Source: an uncultured virus (IMG/VR IMGVR_UViG_3300010354_009789) (taxonomy: Duplodnaviria; Heunggongvirae; Uroviricota; Caudoviricetes). From it: a stretch of 64,000 nt of DNA. A model generated the notes under the pieces. It made no database searches and was not told where the DNA came from. It saw only the letters and a list, made by a program, of their open reading frames with translations. Below, piece after piece: positions 26,469-35,251 of the stretch; the first letter of the stretch is position 1; each line of letters starts with the position of its first letter. A program made the translations under genes and the position numbers. The DNA is taken from the IMG/VR virus record IMGVR_UViG_3300010354_009789. One strand, 5' to 3'.

Positions 26469-26542
26469 TCGGAATGACAGGATTCGAACCTGCGACAACT
26501 GGTTCCCAAAACCAGAGCTCTACCAAACTGAGCTACATTCCG
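26469..26542 (-). tRNA. tRNA-Pro(TGG), second copy
   Basis: CTGGT TT TGG GA ACCAG. Confidence 0.95.
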
Positions 26543-26617
26543 TGGTAGTCCTAACGGGATTCGAACCCGTGTTCTCACCTTGAAAGGGTGATGACCTAAC
26601 CGCTAGTCGATAGGACC
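26543..26617 (-). tRNA. tRNA-Glu(TTC)
   Basis: TCACC CT TTC AA GGTGA, CCA end. Confidence 0.95.
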
Positions 26618-26621
26618 ATGA

Positions 26622-26812
26622 TGAGAGGGGTATCTCGCAGCGGAGTAGTGAGCGCAACGCAAGTCATAGATCTACTCCAATCGACTTGCGGCTAGGGCAA
26701 GAATCCCTCCCCAATTCCAGTTTGCCTAACCTCCCCTACCGAAACTGGCAACAGTTTGGGGACAGTTCTGCTACAACCGCCAAGGAGGAGCACTCCATCG
26801 GCAGCGTAGCAA
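26622..26812 (-). ncRNA. Putative ~190-nt pseudoknotted RNA
   Basis: Long GC hairpin, TCCCCAA/TTGGGGA plus CCAGTTT/AAACTGG helix, CGCAAGTC/GACTTGCG with loop GGAGTAG complementary to downstream CTACTCC. Confidence 0.55.
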
Positions 26813-26884
26813 CGACCCATAGGGGATTCGAACCCCTGATACTTCTTAGACAGAGAAGCGTGATCACCACTTCACTAATGGGCC
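26813..26884 (-). tRNA. tRNA-Asp(GTC)
   Basis: CTTCT CT GTC TA AGAAG, G73. Confidence 0.93.
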
Positions 26885-26959
26885 TGGAGCGGACTACGGG
26901 ATTTGAACCCGTGACATCAACCTTGGCAAGGTTGCATTCTACCACTGAACTAAATCCGC
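26885..26959 (-). tRNA. tRNA-Gly(GCC)
   Basis: CAACC TT GCC AA GGTTG, U73-CCA. Confidence 0.95.
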
Positions 26960-26963
26960 AAGG

Positions 26964-27054
26964 TGGGAGAGGAGGGAATTGAACCCCCGATGGTTCCGAT
27001 GTAACGGTTTTACAGACCGCAGCCACACATATTGCCAACAGTAGCCACTCTCCC
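26964..27054 (-). tRNA. tRNA-Tyr(GTA) with enlarged D-loop
   Basis: GCGGT CT GTA AA ACCGT, long variable arm. Confidence 0.88.
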
Positions 27055-27092
27055 GAACAGTTTATGTTTAACGACCGAACTGTGGCGGTACA

Positions 27093-27167
27093 TGGGGCAT
27101 CTGGGATTCGAACCCAGGACTAACCGATTAAGAGTCGGATACTCTGACCTGACTGAGTTAATGCCCC
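27093..27167 (-). tRNA. tRNA-Lys(CTT)
   Basis: CCGA CT CTT AA TCGG. Confidence 0.93.
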
Positions 27168-27170
27168 TTA

Positions 27171-27243
27171 TGGGTCTGGTGGGACTCGAACCCACGATCC
27201 ACCGGTTAAAAGCCGGGTGCGCTCGCCGCTTAGCTACAGACCC
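27171..27243 (-). tRNA. tRNA-Lys(TTT)
   Basis: CCGG CT TTT AA CCGG. Confidence 0.93.
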
Positions 27244-27301
27244 AATAAAGGTTTAAATTTTCAAGGTTCATATGGGGTCTCGTTCCCCCGCCAACTTTTT
27301 G

Positions 27302-27356
27302 ATCATACCACCGCCGGTTCTCTTGGAGGGTTGGAGTGGACACTTCGAAAACTGTC
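27302..27356 (-). promoter_or_regulatory. Promoter (-10 TATGAT) with upstream palindrome, heading the main tRNA array
   Basis: GACACTT-N4-AACTGTC at 27339..27356, 31 nt from TATGAT. Confidence 0.6.
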
Positions 27357-27365
27357 ACAGGCAAC

Positions 27366-27400
27366 AAAAAAGGGGAGGAAACTTTTGGTTTCTCTCCCCT
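27366..27400 (-). terminator. Rho-independent terminator
   Basis: AGGGGAG-AGAAAC...GTTTC-CTCCCCT hairpin plus T-run. Confidence 0.75.
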
Positions 27401-27423
27401 GTTCTTGCTTTATGGATTACATC

Positions 27424-27531
27424 TTACATGTGTTTATCCATACCCGCGAACAGAGGAGCGCCCTCAATATGCTGCCACGCACGGCCGCTATCGAGATTGC
27501 TAAACTTAATTGTGGGCATTGGATAAGACAT
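27424..27531 (-). CDS. 35-aa late peptide
   Basis: MSYPMPTIKFSNLDSGRAWQHIEGAPLFAGMDKHM between TATAAATA (27553..27560) and a terminator. Confidence 0.5.
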   Translation of the reverse strand: MSYPMPTIKFSNLDSGRAWQHIEGAPLFAGMDKHM

Positions 27532-27590
27532 TGTTTTCGACCTAAGTGAAAGTATTTATAAGGTTTTAATTTTTGCGTTACAAAAATTAA

Positions 27591-27663
27591 CAGGCACGGC
27601 AGGACTCGAACCTGCAGTCGGCAGCTTAGAAGGCTGATGCATTATCCATTATGCTACGTGCCC
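27591..27663 (-). tRNA. tRNA-Arg(TCT)
   Basis: CAGC CT TCT AA GCTG. Confidence 0.93.
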
Positions 27664-27671
27664 ATAAAACA

Positions 27672-27700
27672 ATCATATCAGACTTTGATTTGATTGTCAA
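27672..27700 (-). promoter_or_regulatory. Sigma70-type promoter
   Basis: TTGACA-17-TATGAT directly upstream of tRNA-Arg. Confidence 0.75.
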
Positions 27701-27760
27701 GGGGTTGGACCAACCGATTTAAGTCTTGTGACGTGTGGTGGTCTCCTCCCTCACTCTTTA

Positions 27761-27815
27761 ATAATACACGGTTTTGGGGATCCGGTCAACCCTAGTGGAC
27801 AGTTTCTGAAGTGTC
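27761..27815 (-). promoter_or_regulatory. Sigma70-type promoter with upstream palindrome
   Basis: TTGACC-17-TATTAT; GACAGTT-N4-AAGTGTC at 27798..27815. Confidence 0.7.
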
Positions 27816-28244
27816 ACTCAGGTGGTCCACAAACAGAATTCCGTTCAAATGATCAATCTCATGCTGAACAATTCTTGCACTAAGATCATTATAGACCTCA
27901 ACGCACGGTTTTCCTTTTAGATTACGAAACTTAACTTTAACTTGTTGAGATCTCCAAACCTGACCAAAAGTATTTGGACAACTCAAACACCCCTCTTCAG
28001 ATAGAGAATTCTCAGAACTCATCCAAACAATCTCAGGATTGATCATTACAACTTCATTTCCAGAATCACTGATAATGATAATTCTTTTAGAAACTCCGAT
28101 TTGGGGTGCTGCAATACCAATTCCACTATGTTCGTTCATAAGTTTACTCATGTTAAAGGCCAAACACCTGATGGTGTCATCAACCTTTGCCACACGAGTA
28201 GCAGCTCTTCTGAGGACTTTTGATCCGATTGTTTGTAATTCCAT
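27792..28244 (-). CDS. def: Peptide deformylase
   Basis: GIGIAAPQIG, EGCLS, QHEIDHL. Confidence 0.96.
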   Translation of the reverse strand: MELQTIGSKVLRRAATRVAKVDDTIRCLAFNMSKLMNEHSGIGIAAPQIGVSKRIIIISDSGNEVVMINPEIVWMSSENSLSEEGCLSCPNTFGQVWRSQQVKVKFRNLKGKPCVEVYNDLSARIVQHEIDHLNGILFVDHLSDTSETVH

Positions 28245-28269
28245 TTCTATCGACCTCTACCTTATGAGT

Positions 28270-28866
28270 TTACTCATCCTCCCCCGCCATGTCAAGGGGT
28301 TTCTCAACTGGAAGGTCGGATTGTCGTAATATTTCTTTTTGTATTGGAGTTCCAACACTTTCGATCATTTGTTCATTGCCAAATGCCCACTTTCTGAGAT
28401 TTGGATCTCGCTCAATCAATACAGGTTTTTCTGGAGGTTCTACCCAAGAACCACGAATTCCAATTGAACCATCCTCAAACTCATAGTATACTCCATCTTT
28501 TACTATCTTTCTTTCAGTTCCACCAAGATTTTTATATGTGTTCCTATTTATATTGTTCGTTCGATCCTTTGGAAGATTTCTTTTATACTCACTTATTGCA
28601 TAAGTAACATCTGCCTTAATTCTATGCTTCAGCAATTCTGGATCTGATATAATCCTCCGATTCAGTTCATCCTTTATCTCAGTAAATATATCATTTTCAT
28701 CTGGCAACTCCAAATTAATCAATCTACGAAGTTCATCATAAACTTTATAAATATCCCCCTCTTTGATGTGAATATTCTGTTTGGCCAAACTAAAGATCAT
28801 CCATCCAATTAAAGATCCAATTATAAATGGAAGGATTGCTCTATGACCAAAGAGATTAATTTTCAT
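28270..28866 (-). CDS. Membrane-anchored hypothetical protein
   Basis: N-terminal TM segment; ATGA overlap with upstream ORF. Confidence 0.7.
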   Translation of the reverse strand: MKINLFGHRAILPFIIGSLIGWMIFSLAKQNIHIKEGDIYKVYDELRRLINLELPDENDIFTEIKDELNRRIISDPELLKHRIKADVTYAISEYKRNLPKDRTNNINRNTYKNLGGTERKIVKDGVYYEFEDGSIGIRGSWVEPPEKPVLIERDPNLRKWAFGNEQMIESVGTPIQKEILRQSDLPVEKPLDMAGEDE

Positions 28867-29225
28867 TTTCTAAAATTCTCAAGTTCCGGAGGATCTCCAA
28901 GGAATATATTATCTTTAATCAAATAATATGACACCTCGTATTCATATATAGCCCGATCAACATCAGTTTCCACTCTATAGTTAAGAAATTCTTGATGCTT
29001 GATAATATAATCATTTAAAACTTCGATTTTGAGTTCTCTTTGAGCTCTATCGATCAAGACAACAAGATCTTTTTTATTTACAAATGGCAGCGATGAAATA
29101 ACATCTATAATTCCCTCAAAAATAATTCCAAATTTTGCATAATGAAAAATATCACGTCGTTGATTTTCAGACTCATAATGAAATATATTATGATCCGTCG
29201 CCTTCTTTTTGAATGGATTTTTCAT
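28863..29225 (-). CDS. Hypothetical protein
   Basis: GGAG RBS before ATG 29225. Confidence 0.65.
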   Translation of the reverse strand: MKNPFKKKATDHNIFHYESENQRRDIFHYAKFGIIFEGIIDVISSLPFVNKKDLVVLIDRAQRELKIEVLNDYIIKHQEFLNYRVETDVDRAIYEYEVSYYLIKDNIFLGDPPELENFRK

Positions 29226-29529
29226 ATTCCTCCAGGGCAGCATCTACAATTTCCTTCTCATCAATCTTAGCATTCTCATTGTTGGAGAAATCTAAAGTAA
29301 TCATGGGAGCAACTACATCATTTTCATAAGACACACTTACCCCAAGAGGATTATTTTCGTGTTTTATTGAGAGAGTATTTATATCATCCAATGAAACACT
29401 CATTCCAGCAAGATCATATTTAAGATCTAGCAATTCAGTCTCTAAACTCACATCTACGCCATCTTTTACAACCTCAACCATATCGAAAAGGTTAGAATCG
29501 GTTTGATTTGATTCTTCTTTTTTTGGCAT
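29188..29529 (-). CDS. Acidic hypothetical protein
   Basis: 113-aa ORF downstream of ATAAATA element. Confidence 0.65.
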   Translation of the reverse strand: MPKKEESNQTDSNLFDMVEVVKDGVDVSLETELLDLKYDLAGMSVSLDDINTLSIKHENNPLGVSVSYENDVVAPMITLDFSNNENAKIDEKEIVDAALEEYEKSIQKEGDGS

Positions 29530-29531
29530 AC

Positions 29532-29555
29532 AAAAAAAGGGTGGAGACCACCCTT
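29532..29555 (-). terminator. Rho-independent terminator
   Basis: AAGGGTGG-TCT-CCACCCTT plus T-run. Confidence 0.7.
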
Positions 29556-29578
29556 CTATTTATTGAGTTGTTTATAGT

Positions 29579-30400
29579 TCACTTGGTTTGGACAAACGTT
29601 TTAATAACCTTAGGAACTTCAACCTCCTTATTTTCCTCAACTTCTTTATTTTCATCAACCTCAACAGTTGCGGTATAGAGCTTGTTTAGATATCCATATG
29701 AATAATTTGCACGTGCACCTTGCACACCCCATCCGAGCCAACTGTAAGCATGGCGCATATATCCACCAACACTATCGCCACCTCTAACCAAAGCAGGCTC
29801 AATTCTTCTCCACTGGGGTTCAGTAACCATATATCTCAACTGAGTATCAATGTGAGAAGGATTTCCACCATATCTATTTGCAAATGATCCAAGTCCATAA
29901 TAGCGATTGGAAGATGTCCACTGAATAATACCATATCCACCACTACGACAACTTTGATATGGGATTCTAGCTCCACCCTCACATATATTGGAAACAAACA
30001 TGGACTCTTGTTTGATGTTTCCCATAATAGTCGCCAGGGCCTGGCGATCTTTGATTCCACGTCCCTGAAGAAACTCAAGAGTCTTAACCTCGTTGGCATT
30101 ACAACCCTTACATAATACCTTCGTAATAGTCTTGGGCTCTTCTACAACCTCCTTTGCGGATTCAATCACATCGCTAAGTGTGGTTGCTTTCTTTTCTTCT
30201 TTTTTTTCGTTGATCTTCATAGAACGAAGTTCAGACAGAATCTCTATAAGAGATTGTTTTTTCTGTGAGACAACTTCTGTTTTTGTAGATGCATCTCCTA
30301 TTTCAGGAGCTGTTTGGGCAAATGTTGCATTGACCTGATTTGTAGAAACCAGTCCTAAAAAACTAATGGACAGTAAGATTGAAGAGTTTATTAAAAGCAT
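29579..30400 (-). CDS. Phage tail lysozyme-like cell-wall hydrolase with N-terminal signal/anchor
   Basis: ATIMGNIKQES, GGYGIIQWT (Phage_lysozyme2-like). Confidence 0.75.
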   Translation of the reverse strand: MLLINSSILLSISFLGLVSTNQVNATFAQTAPEIGDASTKTEVVSQKKQSLIEILSELRSMKINEKKEEKKATTLSDVIESAKEVVEEPKTITKVLCKGCNANEVKTLEFLQGRGIKDRQALATIMGNIKQESMFVSNICEGGARIPYQSCRSGGYGIIQWTSSNRYYGLGSFANRYGGNPSHIDTQLRYMVTEPQWRRIEPALVRGGDSVGGYMRHAYSWLGWGVQGARANYSYGYLNKLYTATVEVDENKEVEENKEVEVPKVIKTFVQTK

Positions 30401-30563
30401 AATTGGTACCTAGAACTCGACATCCGTTTTGAAAGTCACTCCTCATTTCAGAGGAACTATTCTCACGGCTCATTTGAAATATTCAGTTTTTCTCACAAAC
30501 AAAAAATAAGTGGGATAATAATATACACCCCACCGAGCACAATATTTAACTGTACACTACTAT

Positions 30564-30806
30564 TTATTTGTTGTCAAGTGTTGTTTTAAAGTTTCCATCT
30601 TCAACACATAAATACTCCAGATCCGACGTGCCATCATATTCCAACCATTCGATAAATTCCCTTTCAATGGCACGTGCATCCAAATCACTCTGATTTGGAT
30701 TCTTAATAATCTCATTAATCCTGAATTCAGCCCAATCTCTCACAATGTGGCAAATGTGCCTGTCCTCATCCTGGGAGATCTCAAATTCAGATTCACCAAC
30801 GGTCAT
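30564..30806 (-). CDS. Hypothetical protein
   Basis: GAGGT RBS, ATG 30806; ...ARAIEREFIEW. Confidence 0.6.
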   Translation of the reverse strand: MTVGESEFEISQDEDRHICHIVRDWAEFRINEIIKNPNQSDLDARAIEREFIEWLEYDGTSDLEYLCVEDGNFKTTLDNK

Positions 30807-30910
30807 ACTAACCTCTTGACTGGTCCCCTTTACTATAGCACGCTTGGTGAAAATTGAAAGGATGACATTAAGAACTTTTAATGCAGATAAAAAAATCATA
30901 AGAAAAACAA

Positions 30911-31345
30911 ATGAATTGGCAATATAATGGAAAAGATTATGAAGGACCATCCAAAGATATGGAGGGATTTGTTTATTTGATCACCAATATTACTAATGGA
31001 AAGAAATATATTGGTAAAAAAAATTTTTGGACCCGAAGGAAGGATCCAAAAACAGGAAGAAGAAAGAAAAAGGAAAGTGATTGGAAATTATACTTTGGAT
31101 CTTGCGATGAACTAAAGGATGATCTCAAAGTAATTGGAAAAGAAAATTTTATGAGGGAGATCTTATATCTTTGCCCTCATAAGAAATCCATGTCATATTA
31201 TGAAACATATGAACAGTTTAAAAGAAATGTTATAATGGACGAAACCTATTATAACACCAACATCGAAGGAAAATATTTTTCAAGCGAATGCCTATCGATC
31301 TATGGGATCGTCTCCATTAATGAATCTCTCACACTTGGCATTTAA
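30911..31345 (+). CDS. GIY-YIG nuclease (Seg-like)
   Basis: GFVYLITNITNGKKYIGKK...YYNTNI. Confidence 0.85.
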   Translation: MNWQYNGKDYEGPSKDMEGFVYLITNITNGKKYIGKKNFWTRRKDPKTGRRKKKESDWKLYFGSCDELKDDLKVIGKENFMREILYLCPHKKSMSYYETYEQFKRNVIMDETYYNTNIEGKYFSSECLSIYGIVSINESLTLGI

Positions 31346-31463
31346 GCAAATTGCATGACGCGCTGCATAGATATATGCCCCACGAAATATCATTTTCGTA
31401 AACACAAAAACAATAAAAAATACTAAGACAATTTTAAACAAAATCCAAATCAATACATTCATA

Positions 31464-31619
31464 TCAATGCAATCTCAATTCATCAATACTATCTAAAACT
31501 CTATTCAAATAGTGATGTGCCAACCACTTTGAGTGCGAATCACAATTTTCCTTATCAATCTCATACTTCATTTTATTGATCTTAGCTTTAAGAGCATAAA
31601 TGTCAGTAATATGAATCAT
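31464..31619 (-). CDS. 51-aa hypothetical protein
   Basis: Manual translation MIHITDIYALKAKINKMKYEIDKE...AHHYLNRVLDSIDELRLH; GAGGTGG RBS. Confidence 0.6.
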   Translation of the reverse strand: MIHITDIYALKAKINKMKYEIDKENCDSHSKWLAHHYLNRVLDSIDELRLH

Positions 31620-31789
31620 GATTCCACCTCAGCATAGTAGATTTTTAAATAATCTTCTAATGAAATCTCAGAAAACAAAAAATCATCCTGCTCAGCAGCT
31701 TCCCTATAAGTTTCATAATAATCCACTACATGTTTTTCTTCATGTTGCGAATTAAAGTTTAAATCCTGCGAATGTTGATTTTGTGACAT
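31616..31789 (-). CDS. Hypothetical acidic protein
   Basis: ORF between nrdB and 31464..31619; start uncertain. Confidence 0.45.
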   Translation of the reverse strand: MSQNQHSQDLNFNSQHEEKHVVDYYETYREAAEQDDFLFSEISLEDYLKIYYAEVES

Positions 31790-32892
31790 CCTGTTTGATT
31801 CCCCCAACGATGTATGATTCAACCTCCGTCTCCTGAGGGGCAACTTGAAGTCCTTTGGAAGAAATCCAATGCTCCGTCCAGGGAAGTGGGTTATTTTTTG
31901 CCGGTATATCGTAAATTGGCTTTAAACCAATTGCTTTAAGTCTTCTATTTGCAATCCACTCAACATATTGCTGAAGGAGTTTGTCATTCAGTCCAATCAT
32001 GCTACCATCCTTGAACAGATAATCTGCCCATTTCTTTTCTTCATTTACAGCGAGATCAAACATCTTATATACCCAATCTTCCTCCTCTTTTGCAATTTGC
32101 TGCATTTCTGGATCATCACCTTCCTTCCACTTATTCAAGATATTCTGAGTAAGTGCTAGGTGTTGGTTTTCGTCCCTTGCGATGAGACTAATGATTTTAG
32201 CTGATCCTTCCATAAGCTTAAGTTCACCAAAGGCGAAACTACAAGCAAAACTAACGTAAAAGCGAATACCCTCAAGAATATTAACGTTTGCGATTGCTCT
32301 GTATAATTTTCGTTTAACATCTGTTAATGACTCTTTTGCATATGTGACTCCTTCAATATTGTGCTTCCATTGATCGGTTACACCATAATAATGCGCAGAA
32401 TTAATGAAGTCATCATAAGATTCTGTTACGCTTTTTGCACGTTCCAGAATTTTTTCATCCTCAATAATCGTATCAAAAATTTCAGATGGGTCCGAGTAAA
32501 CATTCTTTATGATATATGTATAGGAACGACTATGGATCATTTCCATAAATCCCCACACTTCCATACATGCTTCCAATTCTGGAAGAGAACAGAATGGAAT
32601 AAATGCCATTCCCGGACCACGACCCTGAACAGAATCTAGCATGATCTGATATTTGAGATTAGAAGTGTAGATATGCTTCTGTTCTGGACGAAGTGTTTGA
32701 TAATCCCCACGATCTTTTTGTAAGGATACTTCCTCCGGTCTCCAAAAATATCCAAGTTGTTGAGTAGTTAAACGCTCAAAAATTGGATATTTATAGGAAT
32801 CATATCTCTGAATGCCCAGGGGTTTACCAAAAAACATCGGTTGTTTTAGTATCAACTTTTTGGCTATTAAAGACCGTCATTCCCTGAGGCAT
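31752..32892 (-). CDS. nrdB: Ribonucleotide reductase class Ia beta subunit; apparent frameshift near 32845
   Basis: FWRPEEV, EMIHSRSY, ILEGIRFYVSF, ARDENQH, VAPQE; N-terminal MTVFNSQKVDTK lies in a different frame from QPMFFG. Confidence 0.93.
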
Positions 32893-32950
32893 ACTCACTC
32901 CTTCGTTAAAATTAACATCACTCATTTCATTACAATCCTATTTAATGAAC

Positions 32951-35251
32951 TCAGATCTTACAACTTTCACAATCTTCGGCATCACCATTCATAATGTCAT
33001 CAATTAAACATTGTAGTGATTGTTTTGTATCAGTGACTACCTCATCTGTCTTAATATCATATGTATTTTGATAATAAGAGGTTTTCCATCCATATTTGTA
33101 AGTAGTGAGAAGGTCTTTTGCCATCTCAGAAACTGGAACCTCATTATCTGGATAATGCTCAGGATTATAACTCCAATTTCCGGAGATCGCCTGATCAAAG
33201 AACTTCTGCATTACAGAAACAACATTAACATAACCACGATTGGACTCCATTTCCCACAGAAGAGTATAATTGTTTTTAAGAGTTCCATATTGGGGGACAA
33301 TCTGCTTAAGTGGCCCCTTCTTGCTCTTCTTAATGGACAAGTATCCTCTAGGTGGCTCAATTCCGTTTGTTGCATTTGACACAACGGAACTACTCTCAGA
33401 AGGCATTTGTGCGGACAGTGTGCTGTGTCGCAATCCAAATTCCCGGATAGATTCTCTAAGACTTTCCCAATCATGCTGATATTGCTCTGAGGAAATTTCA
33501 TCTACATCTCTCTTATATGTATCAATAGGAAGGATGCCATCGGCATACTTAGTGCGACCAAATGCTTCACAATATCCTTTCTCCTTGGCAAGTTGATTCG
33601 ATGCCTTGAGTAGAAAATACTGGAAAGACTCAGAAAGTCCGTGAACGGCGTCCCATGCCTCCTGAGAGTCGTAATTAAACCCAAGTTTGGCAAGATAGTG
33701 GGCAAGACCAATAAACCCAACTCCAAGGGATCTGCGTGCCTTTGTGGCACGTTCAGCTGCCTTCACTGGGTAGTTCTGATAGTCAATCAGTTCATCCAGT
33801 GATCTTACCGAAAGATCACAAAGTTCTTCCAGTTCATCATCAGACTTTACCTTACCGACGTTAATTGCGGAAAGAATACAAAGTGCAATCTCCCCCATAA
33901 TATCATCAATATGCTGAAGAGGGTCGGTTGGAAGAGTAATCTCTTGGCAGAGGTTACTCATATTAACCTTGTCCTTAAATGAGGAGTGGCTGTTGCAATG
34001 GTCAATATTCATGATATAAATGCGCCCAGTTTCTGCCCTCTCCTTCAACAAGTTCAGAATTAGATGCTGTGCCTTCACACTCTTCTTAGGAACCTCTTCA
34101 CAGGTCTCGTAGTGCTCGTAGAGAGCATCAAAACTATCAGTTCCAAATGCTTCATAAAGACCAGGAACATCATGTGGGCTAAAGAGAGTAATGTCGCCAT
34201 CAGCAATAAAACGCTCATAGAAAATCTTAGAGATCTGAATAGAATAATCCAGTTTACGAACACGATTGTCTTCAGTTCCCTTGTTGTTCTTGAGAACGAG
34301 AATGTCTTCTATTTCTTGGTGCCAGATTGGGAAGTGTACCGTTGCAGATCCACCTCTAATGCCATTTTGTGTGCAGCATCTAACAGTTGCTTCAAACTTT
34401 TTGAGGAATGGGACCACACCTGTGTGCTGAACTTCTCCGCCTCGGATCTTACTGTTGATGCCACGGATTCGGCCCGCGTTGATACCGATTCCCGCCCTTT
34501 GAGCAACATACCTGCCAATAGCCATGTCAGAGCTAAAGATACTATCGAGGGTGTCATCAACATCAACAAGAACACAACTAGCAAATTGTCTAATTGGCGT
34601 CCTAACCCCGGCCATGATTGGGGTTGGGATGTTGATTTTGTGTTTTGAGATTGCGTCATAATACTTCTTCACATAAGACATTCTAGTTTCTTTTGGATAC
34701 TCTGAGAAGATTGTCAGAGCAATCATCATATACATGAATTGAGGAGTTTCATATACCCTACCAGATGACCTATCTTGCACAAGATACTTGTCAACTACTT
34801 GACGCAAACCTGCATAAGTGAATAGAAAGTCCCGCCCATGATCAATATATGAATTGGCGCGATCGATCTCTTCCTTAGAATACTTTGAGAAGATCTCATA
34901 ATCATAAAGTTGCTGCATCACACATTGATGAATATGCACATCCAATGGAGGAAGTTCCTTCATTCGTCCATACAGAGACTTCCTCAAAGCAAACAAAAGA
35001 AGTCTTGCTGCAACAAATTGATAGTTTGGATGATCCAAATCAATCAAGTCAGAGGCAGAACGAATCAAAATCTCCTGAATCTCTGCGGTAGTAATTCCAT
35101 CATAGAATTGAATTCCAGATTTCATTTCAACCTGACTTGCAGAAACTCCGGAGAGACCCTGGCAAGCAGCATCAACCATCAGATGCATCTTTTCAAGATC
35201 AATTGGTTCAATGGAACCATTTCTTTTAACTACCTTTAATCCGTTGCTCAT
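32951..35251 (-). CDS. nrdA: Ribonucleotide reductase class Ia alpha subunit with ATP cone
   Basis: VVKRNG ATP cone, PTPIMAG, QFASCVL, SNLCQEI, C-terminal CESCKI. Confidence 0.98.
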   Translation of the reverse strand: MSNGLKVVKRNGSIEPIDLEKMHLMVDAACQGLSGVSASQVEMKSGIQFYDGITTAEIQEILIRSASDLIDLDHPNYQFVAARLLLFALRKSLYGRMKELPPLDVHIHQCVMQQLYDYEIFSKYSKEEIDRANSYIDHGRDFLFTYAGLRQVVDKYLVQDRSSGRVYETPQFMYMMIALTIFSEYPKETRMSYVKKYYDAISKHKINIPTPIMAGVRTPIRQFASCVLVDVDDTLDSIFSSDMAIGRYVAQRAGIGINAGRIRGINSKIRGGEVQHTGVVPFLKKFEATVRCCTQNGIRGGSATVHFPIWHQEIEDILVLKNNKGTEDNRVRKLDYSIQISKIFYERFIADGDITLFSPHDVPGLYEAFGTDSFDALYEHYETCEEVPKKSVKAQHLILNLLKERAETGRIYIMNIDHCNSHSSFKDKVNMSNLCQEITLPTDPLQHIDDIMGEIALCILSAINVGKVKSDDELEELCDLSVRSLDELIDYQNYPVKAAERATKARRSLGVGFIGLAHYLAKLGFNYDSQEAWDAVHGLSESFQYFLLKASNQLAKEKGYCEAFGRTKYADGILPIDTYKRDVDEISSEQYQHDWESLRESIREFGLRHSTLSAQMPSESSSVVSNATNGIEPPRGYLSIKKSKKGPLKQIVPQYGTLKNNYTLLWEMESNRGYVNVVSVMQKFFDQAISGNWSYNPEHYPDNEVPVSEMAKDLLTTYKYGWKTSYYQNTYDIKTDEVVTDTKQSLQCLIDDIMNGDAEDCESCKI

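Noticed and set aside
25065..27256. Track ORFs across the tRNA array (e.g. 25065..25262, 25643..25939, 26686..26982, 26736..27038)
   Set aside because: They are translations of tRNA and ncRNA sequence with no RBS or protein motifs
18837..27663. Suppressor or selenocysteine tRNA / alternative genetic code
   Set aside because: No CTA, TTA or TCA anticodon found, and core genes read through with standard stops
31752..35251. Intron or intein in nrdA/nrdB
   Set aside because: Both genes are normal length; the only anomaly is a 1-2 nt frame offset in nrdB
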